A stretch of 39,482 nt of DNA from Planctomycetota bacterium (GCA_028821845.1 JAPKEZ010000002.1:1-39482), one strand, 5' to 3'. Counted from the first letter of the stretch, positions 27,414-36,561 are shown. The notes: generated by a model from the letters alone, not told the origin. Numbers and translations: made by a program.

Positions 27414-28352
27414 ATGTCATCCATACTAGTTATTCTTGAAACTCGCCAAGGTGAGCTGCGTCCTTCGTGCCTAGAGGCTGTTGGTGCAGCTCGCGTTATT
27501 GCCGATGCTAATGGTTGCGCGGTAGTTGCTCTCGCTACAGAATCTGCCAACCTCGATGCTGCTGTCATTGGCGCCGCAGGCGCTGATCAACTAATGATCG
27601 CGGCAGCTGAGTCTCACTCTGCAGATGCCGCTGCTGCAACCGCTGCACGTGTCGCTAAAGAAATTAGCGCCAACACAGTGTTGCTTGCCGCGACTGTTCG
27701 CGGCCGCGACATCACTCCGCGCATCGCTGCCCTACTCGATACTGGCTTTGCTCCCGACTGCACAGCGGTCGACGCAAACACGATGGTCTTTACCCGCCCA
27801 ATTTGTGGCGGCAAAGCTTTCAGCAACGTCAAAGTGAACGGCGACGTTGTAGTTGCAAGCTTGCGCCCTAACTTCTTTGATGCTGCCGGGCGCGAACATA
27901 CTGCCGAGGTAAGCGAAATCACGAGTGAGGTCGCTAAAGCGCAGGTGATTGAAGTCGCAGCACAAAGTGGCGAACGTCCAGATGTCGCTGAAGCATCTAT
28001 TGTTATATCCGGCGGCCGCGGAATGGAAAGCCCCGACAACTGGCATTTGCTTGAAAAAGTTGCCGATGCAATCCCTGGCTCAGGCCTTGGCGCATCCCGT
28101 GCAATAGTCGACTCAGGATGGCGTCCGCATAGTGAGCAGGTTGGTCAAACAGGTAAAACCGTTTCGCCAGAACTATATATTGCCGTTGGCATCTCAGGCG
28201 CAATTCAACACTTGGCCGGCATGAGCTCGTCAAAAGTTATTGTGGCAATCAATAAAGACGCCGACGCGCCTATCTTTAAGCATGCCACTTACGGCATTGT
28301 TGGCAATGCCCTAGAAATTTTGCCAGAGCTAGCGGCCGAGTTAGAGAAGTAA
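27414..28352 (+). CDS. etfA: Electron transfer flavoprotein alpha subunit
   Basis: Motifs SGGRG, GASRA.VD.GW, QVGQTGK, GISGAIQHLAGM and AINKDADAPIF. Confidence 0.96.
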   Translation: MSSILVILETRQGELRPSCLEAVGAARVIADANGCAVVALATESANLDAAVIGAAGADQLMIAAAESHSADAAAATAARVAKEISANTVLLAATVRGRDITPRIAALLDTGFAPDCTAVDANTMVFTRPICGGKAFSNVKVNGDVVVASLRPNFFDAAGREHTAEVSEITSEVAKAQVIEVAAQSGERPDVAEASIVISGGRGMESPDNWHLLEKVADAIPGSGLGASRAIVDSGWRPHSEQVGQTGKTVSPELYIAVGISGAIQHLAGMSSSKVIVAINKDADAPIFKHATYGIVGNALEILPELAAELEK

Positions 28353-28353
28353 T

Positions 28354-29352
28354 TTATCGACGTTGGTAATCGGCAAGTAAAGCTTCTACCAAATACTGAC
28401 GCCGAATTAAATCTTCATCGATTGCCACCGAAGCGTGTGAACTAGTTATTAAGTTCACACGCTTTAAAAATTGGCGCAGGTTTTGTTCCATCGGGTCACC
28501 TACACTGACAGCGTTTTGCGGTTCATTTGCATGAGCGGCAAACTGCATTTTATAGTTTTCTCCTATGATGCGATGACATAGTTTGTCGTCAATCGAATAT
28601 TCTGCTGGCGGAGGAAGCGTACCTATGTCTTCTAAGATGATCTCGCATTCTAATGCGCGCGAATGCGTGCAATACTCGAAGCGCAATGCCGAATCTAGGG
28701 AGTCACCAGAGTGTTCAGCGTATTCGACCTTTTCAAGATGTGCCGGGCCAGGAGAAATTTTTTGAATGAGGCTTAACGGATGAGACAAAATGTCTTGCCA
28801 ACGATGTTCGCCGCGTAATTTGGGAGACAGTAACATCGAAAACTTGCGGGCCTTGGTAATATCGCTTCGCGGATGCAAAGCCTGCCAAGCATCTAAAGTA
28901 AAGGGCCATTGACAATTTTCGCTAATCAACAATTCGTTGGCGCTAAATGCACGGATCAAATCATCGCAATGTTTCGCGCCAGAGGTGCACAATGGTTTCT
29001 CGCAAAAAACGTGCGCGCCGGAATCAAGACATTGTTGAATCCAGTCAATGTGGGTGTTGGTTGGCGAAGCAATGATTACGACATCAGGGTTAATCTCCAT
29101 TAGCATGTCTTCTTCTTCGGCATACACTTCGGGACGCATACCGTGCGCTAATAGTTCTTCACTTGCGGCACGTGCTGAATCGTAGTTTGAACCGACTATC
29201 GCAACGACTTCAGCGCCTGCCGCATTAGCTTGGCGCGCCAAGAAACCACCTGTGCCCATGACGGTTCGCCGTGCCCCAACGACTGCGACCTGCAAGCCAT
29301 CGGCGATGGTTTGAGACTTATCGGGAGTTGGTTGAGAAGATGGAGACGGCAT
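28354..29352 (-). CDS. Gfo/Idh/MocA family oxidoreductase
   Basis: N-terminal Rossmann fold, D.V.IASP...H and HVFCEKPL. Confidence 0.82.
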   Translation of the reverse strand: MPSPSSQPTPDKSQTIADGLQVAVVGARRTVMGTGGFLARQANAAGAEVVAIVGSNYDSARAASEELLAHGMRPEVYAEEEDMLMEINPDVVIIASPTNTHIDWIQQCLDSGAHVFCEKPLCTSGAKHCDDLIRAFSANELLISENCQWPFTLDAWQALHPRSDITKARKFSMLLSPKLRGEHRWQDILSHPLSLIQKISPGPAHLEKVEYAEHSGDSLDSALRFEYCTHSRALECEIILEDIGTLPPPAEYSIDDKLCHRIIGENYKMQFAAHANEPQNAVSVGDPMEQNLRQFLKRVNLITSSHASVAIDEDLIRRQYLVEALLADYQRR

Positions 29353-29382
29353 GCTTAATTGCGGTTATCCTAGCGTAACGAA

Positions 29383-30369
29383 ATGCCAGCATCACCTCCA
29401 TCCTCTTTAATGGTGCGTTTGCCGAATCCTCTCGGCGACGCGGTAATGGCATGACCGTTATTGTCCCATCTTAAACGCCAATTCCCTGATTGCTCGCTTA
29501 CTTTGGCGGGAAACCCTGCTTATGAATCATTATTCGACGGATTAACTTACGTCGACCATTTTGTTGGTCTCGATAATGACGCCACTATTGCTCAACAAGC
29601 AAAACTTTTAAAGCAGCGACAATGTGACACCATTATCTTGTGTCCAAATTCGTGGTCATCGGCAATAGTGGCCTATCGTGCAGGATTCAAACAGCGCATC
29701 GGGCGCCGTCGGCATGGGCGATCTCTATTCTTGACCCATTCTCTACCGACAATTGGCGAACCGCGTTTAATGACAGAATTATATTCTGAGTTAATCGAAG
29801 CCTTCAACTGCAACGCCGACGTCACCCCAGTTAGCCTTGCCTGCCCCGAACTCGATGTTGAATGGGCACCGAACCAAGAGAATTACTTTATGGTTGCACC
29901 TGGAGCTGCTTTTGGTGACACCAAACAATATCCACTAGCGCTTATGTCTCAAGCGATTGACGGAATTTGCGACAGACACCGCCTGTTGCCGATTCTATTT
30001 GGTGGGCCGCACGAACAGCAATCGCTCACCGAGTTGTCACAATCGCTCAAGTATCCAAGTTTGATAGCGCCGTCCAATGCAACCTTGGGTGAAATCAAAT
30101 GTATGCTTAGTAACGCGCAGTTCATTCTATGCATGGATAGTGGAGCACGTCACATAGCTGCCGCCGTAGACACCCCACAGATAGTTGTTTTCGGCCCAAC
30201 CAACCCAGCATGGACAGCGCACGCAATGGACAAAGCCGCGTTTGTTTCAAACAACACTCTAGATTGTCTTGGTTGTCATAAGAAAATCTGTCCTATTCAA
30301 GGGCATCCGTGCATGAACAATCTCGACCCGCAAATTTTAGTCGATGAGTGCTCAAAGTTTATTGCCTAA
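29383..30369 (+). CDS. waaF: GT9 ADP-heptose:LPS heptosyltransferase II-like, with an in-frame TGA at codon 24
   Basis: MPASPPSSLMVRLPNPLGDAVMA-TGA(29452-29454)-PLLSHLKRQFP is in frame with the 29461 ORF. Motifs APGAAFG..K.Y, DSG..H.AAA, FGPT.P and a C-terminal CxxC..C..C. Confidence 0.8.
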
Positions 30370-30399
30370 CGGCGAATAACTAACATTATTGACCCAAGT

Positions 30400-32433
30400 T
30401 TATGATGAGAGCAGCACGCGAATCTGCTGCTCGCTTAATACTTCGACGCCTAAATCTTGCGCCTTACGCAGCTTACTGCCAGCCTTGTCTCCCGCAACTA
30501 AGTAATCGGTTTTCTTCGACAAAGTACCTGTCACTTTACCCCCGGCCGTTTCAATAAGCGCCTTCATCTCTGGTCGTGAACATGACAGCGAACCTGTCAA
30601 CACAAACACCTTGGCCGCTACTGCATCTTTATAATCGTCAGTGCTAAGCTCCGCACTTTGCGGACGTAATCCGAAGCCAATCATTGCCTTAATGGCATCG
30701 CGGTTTTTCGCAGAGCCAACGAACTGCAACAATGAGCCCGCAACCTCTTTGCCTACACCTTCGATTTCACTTAGCTCTGCGACAGCTTGTTCGTTATCAA
30801 TTTCTGACAGCGCCAATAAAGCATCAATACTATTAAATTTTGCGCAAACCACCCGCGAAGTTTCTGGCCCGACATCGGGTATGCCTAGGCTAGACAAAAA
30901 CTTATCTAGCCGAGGTTCCAAGGATGCGGCTATGCCGTCACGCAGCGCGTCGACGGATTTGTCTCCCCAACCCTCTAATTCAGCAATAGCGCTGTAGTCG
31001 AGATTGAACAACTGTTCGGCACTATTCAGTAAACCCTCACCGTGCAATTGCACAACCGCCTTGTCGCCAATGCCGTCTATATTAAGCGCGGTGCGCGACA
31101 CCATATATTGCACACGCCGAATTAACTGCGCTGGGCAATCTATATTTAGGCAGAAACGATGTTCGCCATTTTCTTTTGCCTCTCCGCCACATTCTGGGCA
31201 TCGGGTTGGGAAAAAAAACTCGCGCTCGCTACCATCGCGCACTCCGGCGACAGGACCAACAATTTGCGGGATGACGTCGCCGGCGCGACGCACGATTACT
31301 TGATCTCCCAACTTGATGTCGAGATCAGAGATATAAGCGGCATGATGCAAAGTAGCATGCTGCACTGTTACCCCACCAATATTTACCGGTTCGAGGACTG
31401 CGCGCGGCGTCAAGCGCCCAGTGCGTCCAACTTGAACAAGTATGTCAAGCAACTTAGTGGTTTCTTCATGCGGCGCAAACTTATGTGCACAAACCCAACG
31501 CGGAGTGCGTGCGCGCGAACCGAGTAAATCGCGCAATAACTGCGAATCTACTTTGTAGACTACGCCGTCCATTTCGTACTCGATCCCATTACGCTGACTT
31601 TCGATGTCGTGGTGAAACTTAATCATTCCGGCCGCGTCATCGACAATGGCCGAATATGGCGACACTGCAAAGCCCCAATTTTTGGCGCCCTGCATTGCCT
31701 CGCCATGAGTTGCATACATTTCGCCGCCCACTACGCGCACGACTTCGTAACACATAAACCGCAAAGGGCGCGATGCTACTATCGCAGGATTCAGTCTCTT
31801 AAGAGTGCCTGCAGTCGCATTACGCGGATTGGCAAAAACGGTATCGCCATTTGCGCGCAACTCGTCGTTCATTGCGTTGAAGCCAGCAATTGGCATCATA
31901 ACTTCGCCACGTACTTCTAGCACTGCAGGAGACTTATCACCGAACAAACGCAACGGTACTCCGCCGACAGCGCGAATGTTATTGGTAATGTCTTCACCAA
32001 ACTGGCCATCTCCGCGTGAAACCGCCTGTGTCAGCACGCCATTCTCGTAAATTAAGCTTGCTGAAACACCGTCCCACTTAGGCTCGCAAATGAAAGTAGG
32101 TTGCGTAGCCGTTTCGGAGGCCAAACCTTTGCGCACGCGCGATTCGAAATCAATAATCGATTCGTTGCCGAACAGCGACTCTATGGATATCATCGGCACC
32201 GTATGCTCAACTTTCTTAAAACCACTGTCGCTGGTTACCGCTGCGCCCACGCGCTGGCTTGGGCTTGATGCATCACACCAATCTGGATGCAACTTTTCTA
32301 TTTCAATCAAACGCTGAAACTTACGATCAAATTCGGCATCGCTTGCCGATGGTTGCGCATCGACATAATATGCGTGATTTAATTCATGCAACTCTGTGCA
32401 CAACAAATCGTATTCGCCGCGCAAATCAGTCAT
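30400..32433 (-). CDS. ligA: NAD-dependent DNA ligase
   Basis: Motifs EPKWDG, SRGDG..GED, ANPRNA.AG, DGVV.K and QVGRTG, plus a Zn finger and a C-terminal BRCT domain. Confidence 0.97.
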   Translation of the reverse strand: MTDLRGEYDLLCTELHELNHAYYVDAQPSASDAEFDRKFQRLIEIEKLHPDWCDASSPSQRVGAAVTSDSGFKKVEHTVPMISIESLFGNESIIDFESRVRKGLASETATQPTFICEPKWDGVSASLIYENGVLTQAVSRGDGQFGEDITNNIRAVGGVPLRLFGDKSPAVLEVRGEVMMPIAGFNAMNDELRANGDTVFANPRNATAGTLKRLNPAIVASRPLRFMCYEVVRVVGGEMYATHGEAMQGAKNWGFAVSPYSAIVDDAAGMIKFHHDIESQRNGIEYEMDGVVYKVDSQLLRDLLGSRARTPRWVCAHKFAPHEETTKLLDILVQVGRTGRLTPRAVLEPVNIGGVTVQHATLHHAAYISDLDIKLGDQVIVRRAGDVIPQIVGPVAGVRDGSEREFFFPTRCPECGGEAKENGEHRFCLNIDCPAQLIRRVQYMVSRTALNIDGIGDKAVVQLHGEGLLNSAEQLFNLDYSAIAELEGWGDKSVDALRDGIAASLEPRLDKFLSSLGIPDVGPETSRVVCAKFNSIDALLALSEIDNEQAVAELSEIEGVGKEVAGSLLQFVGSAKNRDAIKAMIGFGLRPQSAELSTDDYKDAVAAKVFVLTGSLSCSRPEMKALIETAGGKVTGTLSKKTDYLVAGDKAGSKLRKAQDLGVEVLSEQQIRVLLSS

Positions 32434-32798
32434 TAAGCAAGCAATTCGCTAAGAGTAATAACTTTTCGCTCGCCGGCTCCCGATGACAAAATAAAAGTGA
32501 CTTCGGTAGTTGCGCACTCAGCGACTTGCGCCAAAGCGATTGCCGATGGCACTGGCCAACCTTCGACAGGTGAATACATGCCGATTCGCAAGGGGCGGTA
32601 TGAGCCGTTCACGCGACCCGCCGCCAAGGCATTTGAGACCGAATTTTGATCGAGTGTTGCATCATCGTATTCAAGACGACAACCCATTGCAACATGCCCG
32701 TCGTCGTACAAAATCGTGCAGCCCTCAATTGAATTGCGTTTCACTTTAGATGTTGCGGCGGCTTGCTCAGCAACGGCGGTTAAATTACGGTCGTCCAT
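32433..32798 (-). CDS. Cytidine deaminase-fold protein lacking the catalytic and Zn-binding residues
   Basis: G.TIL..DG....G..LE ... A.A.G ... P....LAQ..E ... LSELL follows the homotetrameric Cdd pattern. CAE is replaced by NSV and PCGxC by PSAIA. Confidence 0.65.
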   Translation of the reverse strand: MDDRNLTAVAEQAAATSKVKRNSIEGCTILYDDGHVAMGCRLEYDDATLDQNSVSNALAAGRVNGSYRPLRIGMYSPVEGWPVPSAIALAQVAECATTEVTFILSSGAGERKVITLSELLA

Positions 32799-32807
32799 TG
32801 CCCTATT

Positions 32808-33248
32808 CTAACGCACCAGACACGAAAGCAAATCGCCTTTAGCCGTCGATAACCAAATCGCCTTTTTGCTTTTTAGCTCTATTACGACACCTGGGCCACT
32901 GCCAGTGAAATAAATAGTTACCCCAGGTGACTTCTTGTAGCCCCACCCGCGTTTGCCAATTGCCCATGGGTATGTCATATGCTCGTGAATGGACATTATC
33001 GACTTAAAGGGCACATACTGCTTAGGGAATGGCGCCATTTGCAGCACTAGCTCGTCTTCGCCAAGCCAAACTTTCATACTCGACTGCAGCATAAACCAAA
33101 AGAACAATACCGTAATTGCAAAAAATGCAATTAGCGCCCCCGGCGGAGCATCCGCTAGCAACCAAACGATTATCGGAATCATCGTTATGATGGTCCCGAT
33201 AACTTTTATCACTTTCTTAGAAGGATTACGTTGTTCTAGCAGCTGCAC
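32808..33248 (-). CDS. Two-TM membrane protein with a bacterial PH-like C-terminal domain
   Basis: Two hydrophobic helices, then VPF..I..I, GWG.K and G.GV.IEL. Confidence 0.65.
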   Translation of the reverse strand: MQLLEQRNPSKKVIKVIGTIITMIPIIVWLLADAPPGALIAFFAITVLFFWFMLQSSMKVWLGEDELVLQMAPFPKQYVPFKSIMSIHEHMTYPWAIGKRGWGYKKSPGVTIYFTGSGPGVVIELKSKKAIWLSTAKGDLLSCLVR

Positions 33249-33257
33249 TAAGCATAA

Positions 33258-33662
33258 TTATACCGAAACAGCAGCGTAACCGGTAAACGGTACGCGATTT
33301 TGCAGACGGCGCACGCCAGTGATTGGATCTTCGCGCTCTTCTGGGCGAACTTCAACGATAACTTCAGCGTCGGTTAGCTCGTCAGGAGAAATCTGCAATT
33401 CGCCATTGGCAGCGATGCCAAGCGCCTGCAGCACAAATTTTACGCGAGGCAACCCACGTTCTGACCAATGAAGGCTGTCCCAGCAGGCTGTTCGCCCCTG
33501 AAATTCGCCTTTTATCACTTCCCAGCGGATACCCCAGCGTGTGTGACCAGCAGGAGACTGACTTTCGCGAACTTCAGCCACTTTGCAGCGATAATCGCCA
33601 GGTGGAACAGAACGCATGTCTTCGATGTTTTCAATAGTAGAGAGATTTATCTTCATGACCAT
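33258..33662 (-). CDS. DUF669-like protein (phage-type ssDNA-binding/OB fold)
   Basis: VPPGDY.CKV..V....S..G......WEV..GEF.GR...D......L.R.K..L.ALG pattern. Start is 33662 or 33656. Confidence 0.7.
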   Translation of the reverse strand: MVMKINLSTIENIEDMRSVPPGDYRCKVAEVRESQSPAGHTRWGIRWEVIKGEFQGRTACWDSLHWSERGLPRVKFVLQALGIAANGELQISPDELTDAEVIVEVRPEEREDPITGVRRLQNRVPFTGYAAVSV

Positions 33663-33710
33663 GTAGACGAACTCAACATTGAATCGACACTTCTTTTATA
33701 CTAGCCACCC

Positions 33711-35228
33711 ATGAATACGCTCCTACAAGCCCAAGAAGCTGCCGCCCAAACAGGCACCTTTGACTTCATCGACGCTGGCGCAGGCCACGTAGTCGAGTTC
33801 CTTGCCGGAATATTCTTCGCTCCGGTTCCTTTGCCGTACACTGACGGCACAGCGCCACTCGTTGTTCTTTGGCTTGTACTAGGTGCCATCTTCTTCACCT
33901 TTCGCATGGGTTTCATTAACCTGCGCGGACTCGGGCACTCAATCAAGGTTGTCAGTGGACGATACACCGATCCCAATTCACATAGCGCTGGCGAAGTAAC
34001 TCACTTCCAAGCACTGGCATCCGCACTTTCGGCAACAGTTGGCTTAGGCAACATCGCCGGCGTGGCAATAGCTGTCTCACTGGGTGGCCCCGGAGCCATT
34101 TTCTGGATGGTGGTGGCCGGATTCCTCGGCATGTCATCCAAATTTGTTGAATGTACTTTAGGACAGAAATATCGCGAAGTACGCCCGGACGGCAAAGTGA
34201 TGGGCGGAGCAATGTTCTACTTATCGAAAGGGCTCAAAGAAATGAACATGCCTACCTTGGGCAAAGTACTGGCAGTCATGTTCGCAGTGCTATGCATCGG
34301 CGGATCATTCGGCGGCGGCAACACTTTCCAAGTTAACCAATCACTAAACGCGCTGCAAGAAATTATTCCTGGACTGGAGAACTACCGCTGGGTTTACGGC
34401 ATATTCATGACGGCTGCTGTAGGCGTAGTGATTATCGGAGGCATTCAGCGTATCGCTTCAACTGCCGAGAAAATCGTACCTGCAATGTGCGGAATTTACG
34501 TTGCTGCCTGTCTGGGCGTGCTATTTGTATCATATGATCAAATACTGCCTGCATTCGAAACCATCTGGCAAAGCGCAATCAACCCAAGCGCGGCCTACGG
34601 CGGATTCATCGGAGTATTGGTAATGGGCTTTAAGCGTGCTGCCTTCTCAAATGAGGCTGGCGTTGGCTCAGCAGCGATAGCGCACTCTGCAGCGAAAACG
34701 GATTACCCTGTCCGCGAAGGCATTGTTGCCTTGCTCGAACCATTTATTGACACCATTGTCGTGTGTACTATGACTGGTTTGGTAATCGTAATCACTGGAG
34801 CTTACGACCCGACAACACTTGTCAACGGAACTGCCGTATACGAACCTTACCTAACAAATGCTAACGGCGCGGGCTTAACCTCCCAAGCTTTTGCCAGCGT
34901 ATTTAGTTGGTTCCCAGTTGTGCTCGGTGTCGCAGTAACATTGTTCGCCTTCTCAACCATGATCTCGTGGTCCTACTACGGTGAACGTTGCTGGGCTTAC
35001 CTTTTCGGCGACAACGCGTCGATGTCTTACAAGGTTGTTTTCCTGACTTTCACTTTCCTAGGTTCAGTGATTACGTCGCAAAACATTTTAGATTTCGGTG
35101 ACTTAATGATTCTCGGCATGGCCTTCCCTAACGTGTTAGGTGTAGTATTGCTCAGCGGAAAAGTTAAGCGCGATCTAAATACTTATTGGAAGCTATTGAA
35201 ATCAGGTGCCTTTAAAGAGTACAAGTAA
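33711..35228 (+). CDS. Alanine/glycine:cation symporter (AGCS family)
   Basis: Motifs FQAL..ALSATVGLGNIAGVA, GGPGAIFWM, RAAFSNEAGVGS, EPFIDTIVVC and WSYYG. Confidence 0.95.
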   Translation: MNTLLQAQEAAAQTGTFDFIDAGAGHVVEFLAGIFFAPVPLPYTDGTAPLVVLWLVLGAIFFTFRMGFINLRGLGHSIKVVSGRYTDPNSHSAGEVTHFQALASALSATVGLGNIAGVAIAVSLGGPGAIFWMVVAGFLGMSSKFVECTLGQKYREVRPDGKVMGGAMFYLSKGLKEMNMPTLGKVLAVMFAVLCIGGSFGGGNTFQVNQSLNALQEIIPGLENYRWVYGIFMTAAVGVVIIGGIQRIASTAEKIVPAMCGIYVAACLGVLFVSYDQILPAFETIWQSAINPSAAYGGFIGVLVMGFKRAAFSNEAGVGSAAIAHSAAKTDYPVREGIVALLEPFIDTIVVCTMTGLVIVITGAYDPTTLVNGTAVYEPYLTNANGAGLTSQAFASVFSWFPVVLGVAVTLFAFSTMISWSYYGERCWAYLFGDNASMSYKVVFLTFTFLGSVITSQNILDFGDLMILGMAFPNVLGVVLLSGKVKRDLNTYWKLLKSGAFKEYK

Positions 35229-35259
35229 GGGGAGGGTCACACTGGCCCCCCCCTAACTC

Positions 35260-35421
35260 TTGATTAACCTCCTTCTTAGCGTCTCTAAAGAAGTCGCCAG
35301 CGAACTTGTTGGACTCAATTCGCTCGGCATCACAGTAGCGTTATTCTTATGGATAACGCTACTCGCGGTTAACAGTTACTGCTTTTATCGCATTTGCCGT
35401 AAACCTAGTGCAGAAAGATAG
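35260..35421 (+). CDS. Unannotated 53-aa single-pass membrane protein
   Basis: TTG start: MINLLLSVSKEVASELVGLNSLGITVALFLWITLLAVNSYCFYRICRKPSAER*. One hydrophobic helix followed by a basic tail; fills the gap after the symporter. Confidence 0.55.
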   Translation: MINLLLSVSKEVASELVGLNSLGITVALFLWITLLAVNSYCFYRICRKPSAER

Positions 35422-35491
35422 TTACTGAGTTAAATATTTACTAAAGAAGGTGCGGATATCATCCGTAAATGGTGTAGCTCAATACTACATC

Positions 35492-35845
35492 ATGAATCAA
35501 CACCCTGCCTTTGACCACCAGCGCATCAGCTCGTTAACCGAGTTGTTTGGCGACTCTGACTCTGTGCGCGACCTGTACATTGAATTTCTAGATTCGTGCC
35601 CCGAGCGTCTTGCTGTCATTAAGCAAGGCATTGTCGACCACCGCGCCGACTTAATAGAATTCGCGGCACATGCGATTCATGGAACTAGCGCCAACATTGG
35701 TGTGCTTAACATTGAAGAAACATCTGCTGCGATTGAATCCGTAGCGCATCAACACCAATTTGCATTGGTTGGAGCCTATGTTAGCGAGCTAGAAGAACAG
35801 ATCGATGGCTTGCGCGAGCACATAGACTTGCGAGCGGTGATTTAA
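35492..35845 (+). CDS. Stand-alone histidine phosphotransfer (Hpt) protein
   Basis: L.ELFG, EFL....ERL and AAHAIHGTSANIG. ATG at 35492. Confidence 0.85.
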   Translation: MNQHPAFDHQRISSLTELFGDSDSVRDLYIEFLDSCPERLAVIKQGIVDHRADLIEFAAHAIHGTSANIGVLNIEETSAAIESVAHQHQFALVGAYVSELEEQIDGLREHIDLRAVI

Positions 35846-36549
35846 GCGGTAGCGCCGTTTGGAGAATCGAGAGTCCAACTGCACAGCTTAAAAAATTCTA
35901 ACAAGCTGAGCAGTTCTTGTTTTACAGTAGCCGAGAAATCTTCGCCAAGCGCAATCACTTCGTAAGATTTCATGCGGTGCACGATTTCTACAGCGTTCTC
36001 GCCAGGATTAACCGCACCAGCAATATCGCGCCAATCACGATTAGTCATTTCCGATAGTGGACGCGCTCCGCCACCGTTAATTTCGAAATCGAAGTTTTGC
36101 GCGAGCTTGGCAGCTGCCACTATTTCATCGCGTGAAAAATCTTCTTCGGCACGTTTAATGAGTACGTTTAAGTCGTACCACGCCGACTCATCGATGCGAA
36201 TACCCCACCAGCACTGCTTGTCGTCGATGCAGATTTGCATGTGCACATTATTACGCGCCGAGTTTAAGTCTTTGCCAAGATCTTTGCCCAAGAAGGACTG
36301 TAGCTTTTTGCGCGACTTTTTATCGCGAAAAATCATAGTGCGCTGACGACGCACACGCTTGCCATTAGTGTGATGCGGATGATGCAACGACTCGCGGCGA
36401 TCTAACGCTACCCCAACATTTTCATATTCGGCGCATACTTCATTGCCCAAGGTCTGCAAGCGACGACGCACAGCTAGACGGCTACCATTCCACTCTTCGT
36501 CGCCCTGGTAGCGAGAAGTAAACAATTCGAAGTCTGCGGCGAAAAACAT
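35842..36549 (-). CDS. Hypothetical protein with weak DUF1054/YktB-like N-terminus
   Basis: Long ORF. Start set at ATG 36549 (MFFAADFELF) because the 36585 start lies inside a terminator and TATGAT-N7-ATG precedes 36549. Confidence 0.65.
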   Translation of the reverse strand: MFFAADFELFTSRYQGDEEWNGSRLAVRRRLQTLGNEVCAEYENVGVALDRRESLHHPHHTNGKRVRRQRTMIFRDKKSRKKLQSFLGKDLGKDLNSARNNVHMQICIDDKQCWWGIRIDESAWYDLNVLIKRAEEDFSRDEIVAAAKLAQNFDFEINGGGARPLSEMTNRDWRDIAGAVNPGENAVEIVHRMKSYEVIALGEDFSATVKQELLSLLEFFKLCSWTLDSPNGATA

Positions 36550-36561
36550 AGTGTATATCAT

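Noticed and set aside
10872-29454. Genome-wide reassignment of TGA to Gly or Trp (genetic code 25 or 4)
   Set aside because: TGA terminates the PTPS gene (15077), apt (19698) and rph (22011, ATGA overlap) at their expected ends, and only two genes contain in-frame TGA. Full reassignment would give many more.
29455-29510. SECIS for the waaF TGA
   Set aside because: Only weak pairing is present (CGCCAA/TTGGCG, CAAT/ATTG) with a pyrimidine loop, and the site is not a Cys position in GT9 enzymes.
30641-32486. Numerous 60-140 aa ORFs antisense to or overlapping ligA, and similar ones in argS, lepA, etfA and uvrD
   Set aside because: These are shadow ORFs of well-supported genes with no recognisable motifs.
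30400-33662. Prophage remnant around the DUF669-like gene and DNA ligase
   Set aside because: There is no integrase, att site or structural gene, and ligA is a full-length cellular enzyme with a BRCT domain.
35264-35372. tRNA or tRNA-Sec, suggested by the cloverleaf-like fold and GGACTCAA
   Set aside because: There is no TTCRA T-loop, no CTTCAAA anticodon loop, no CCA end, and the arm lengths are wrong.
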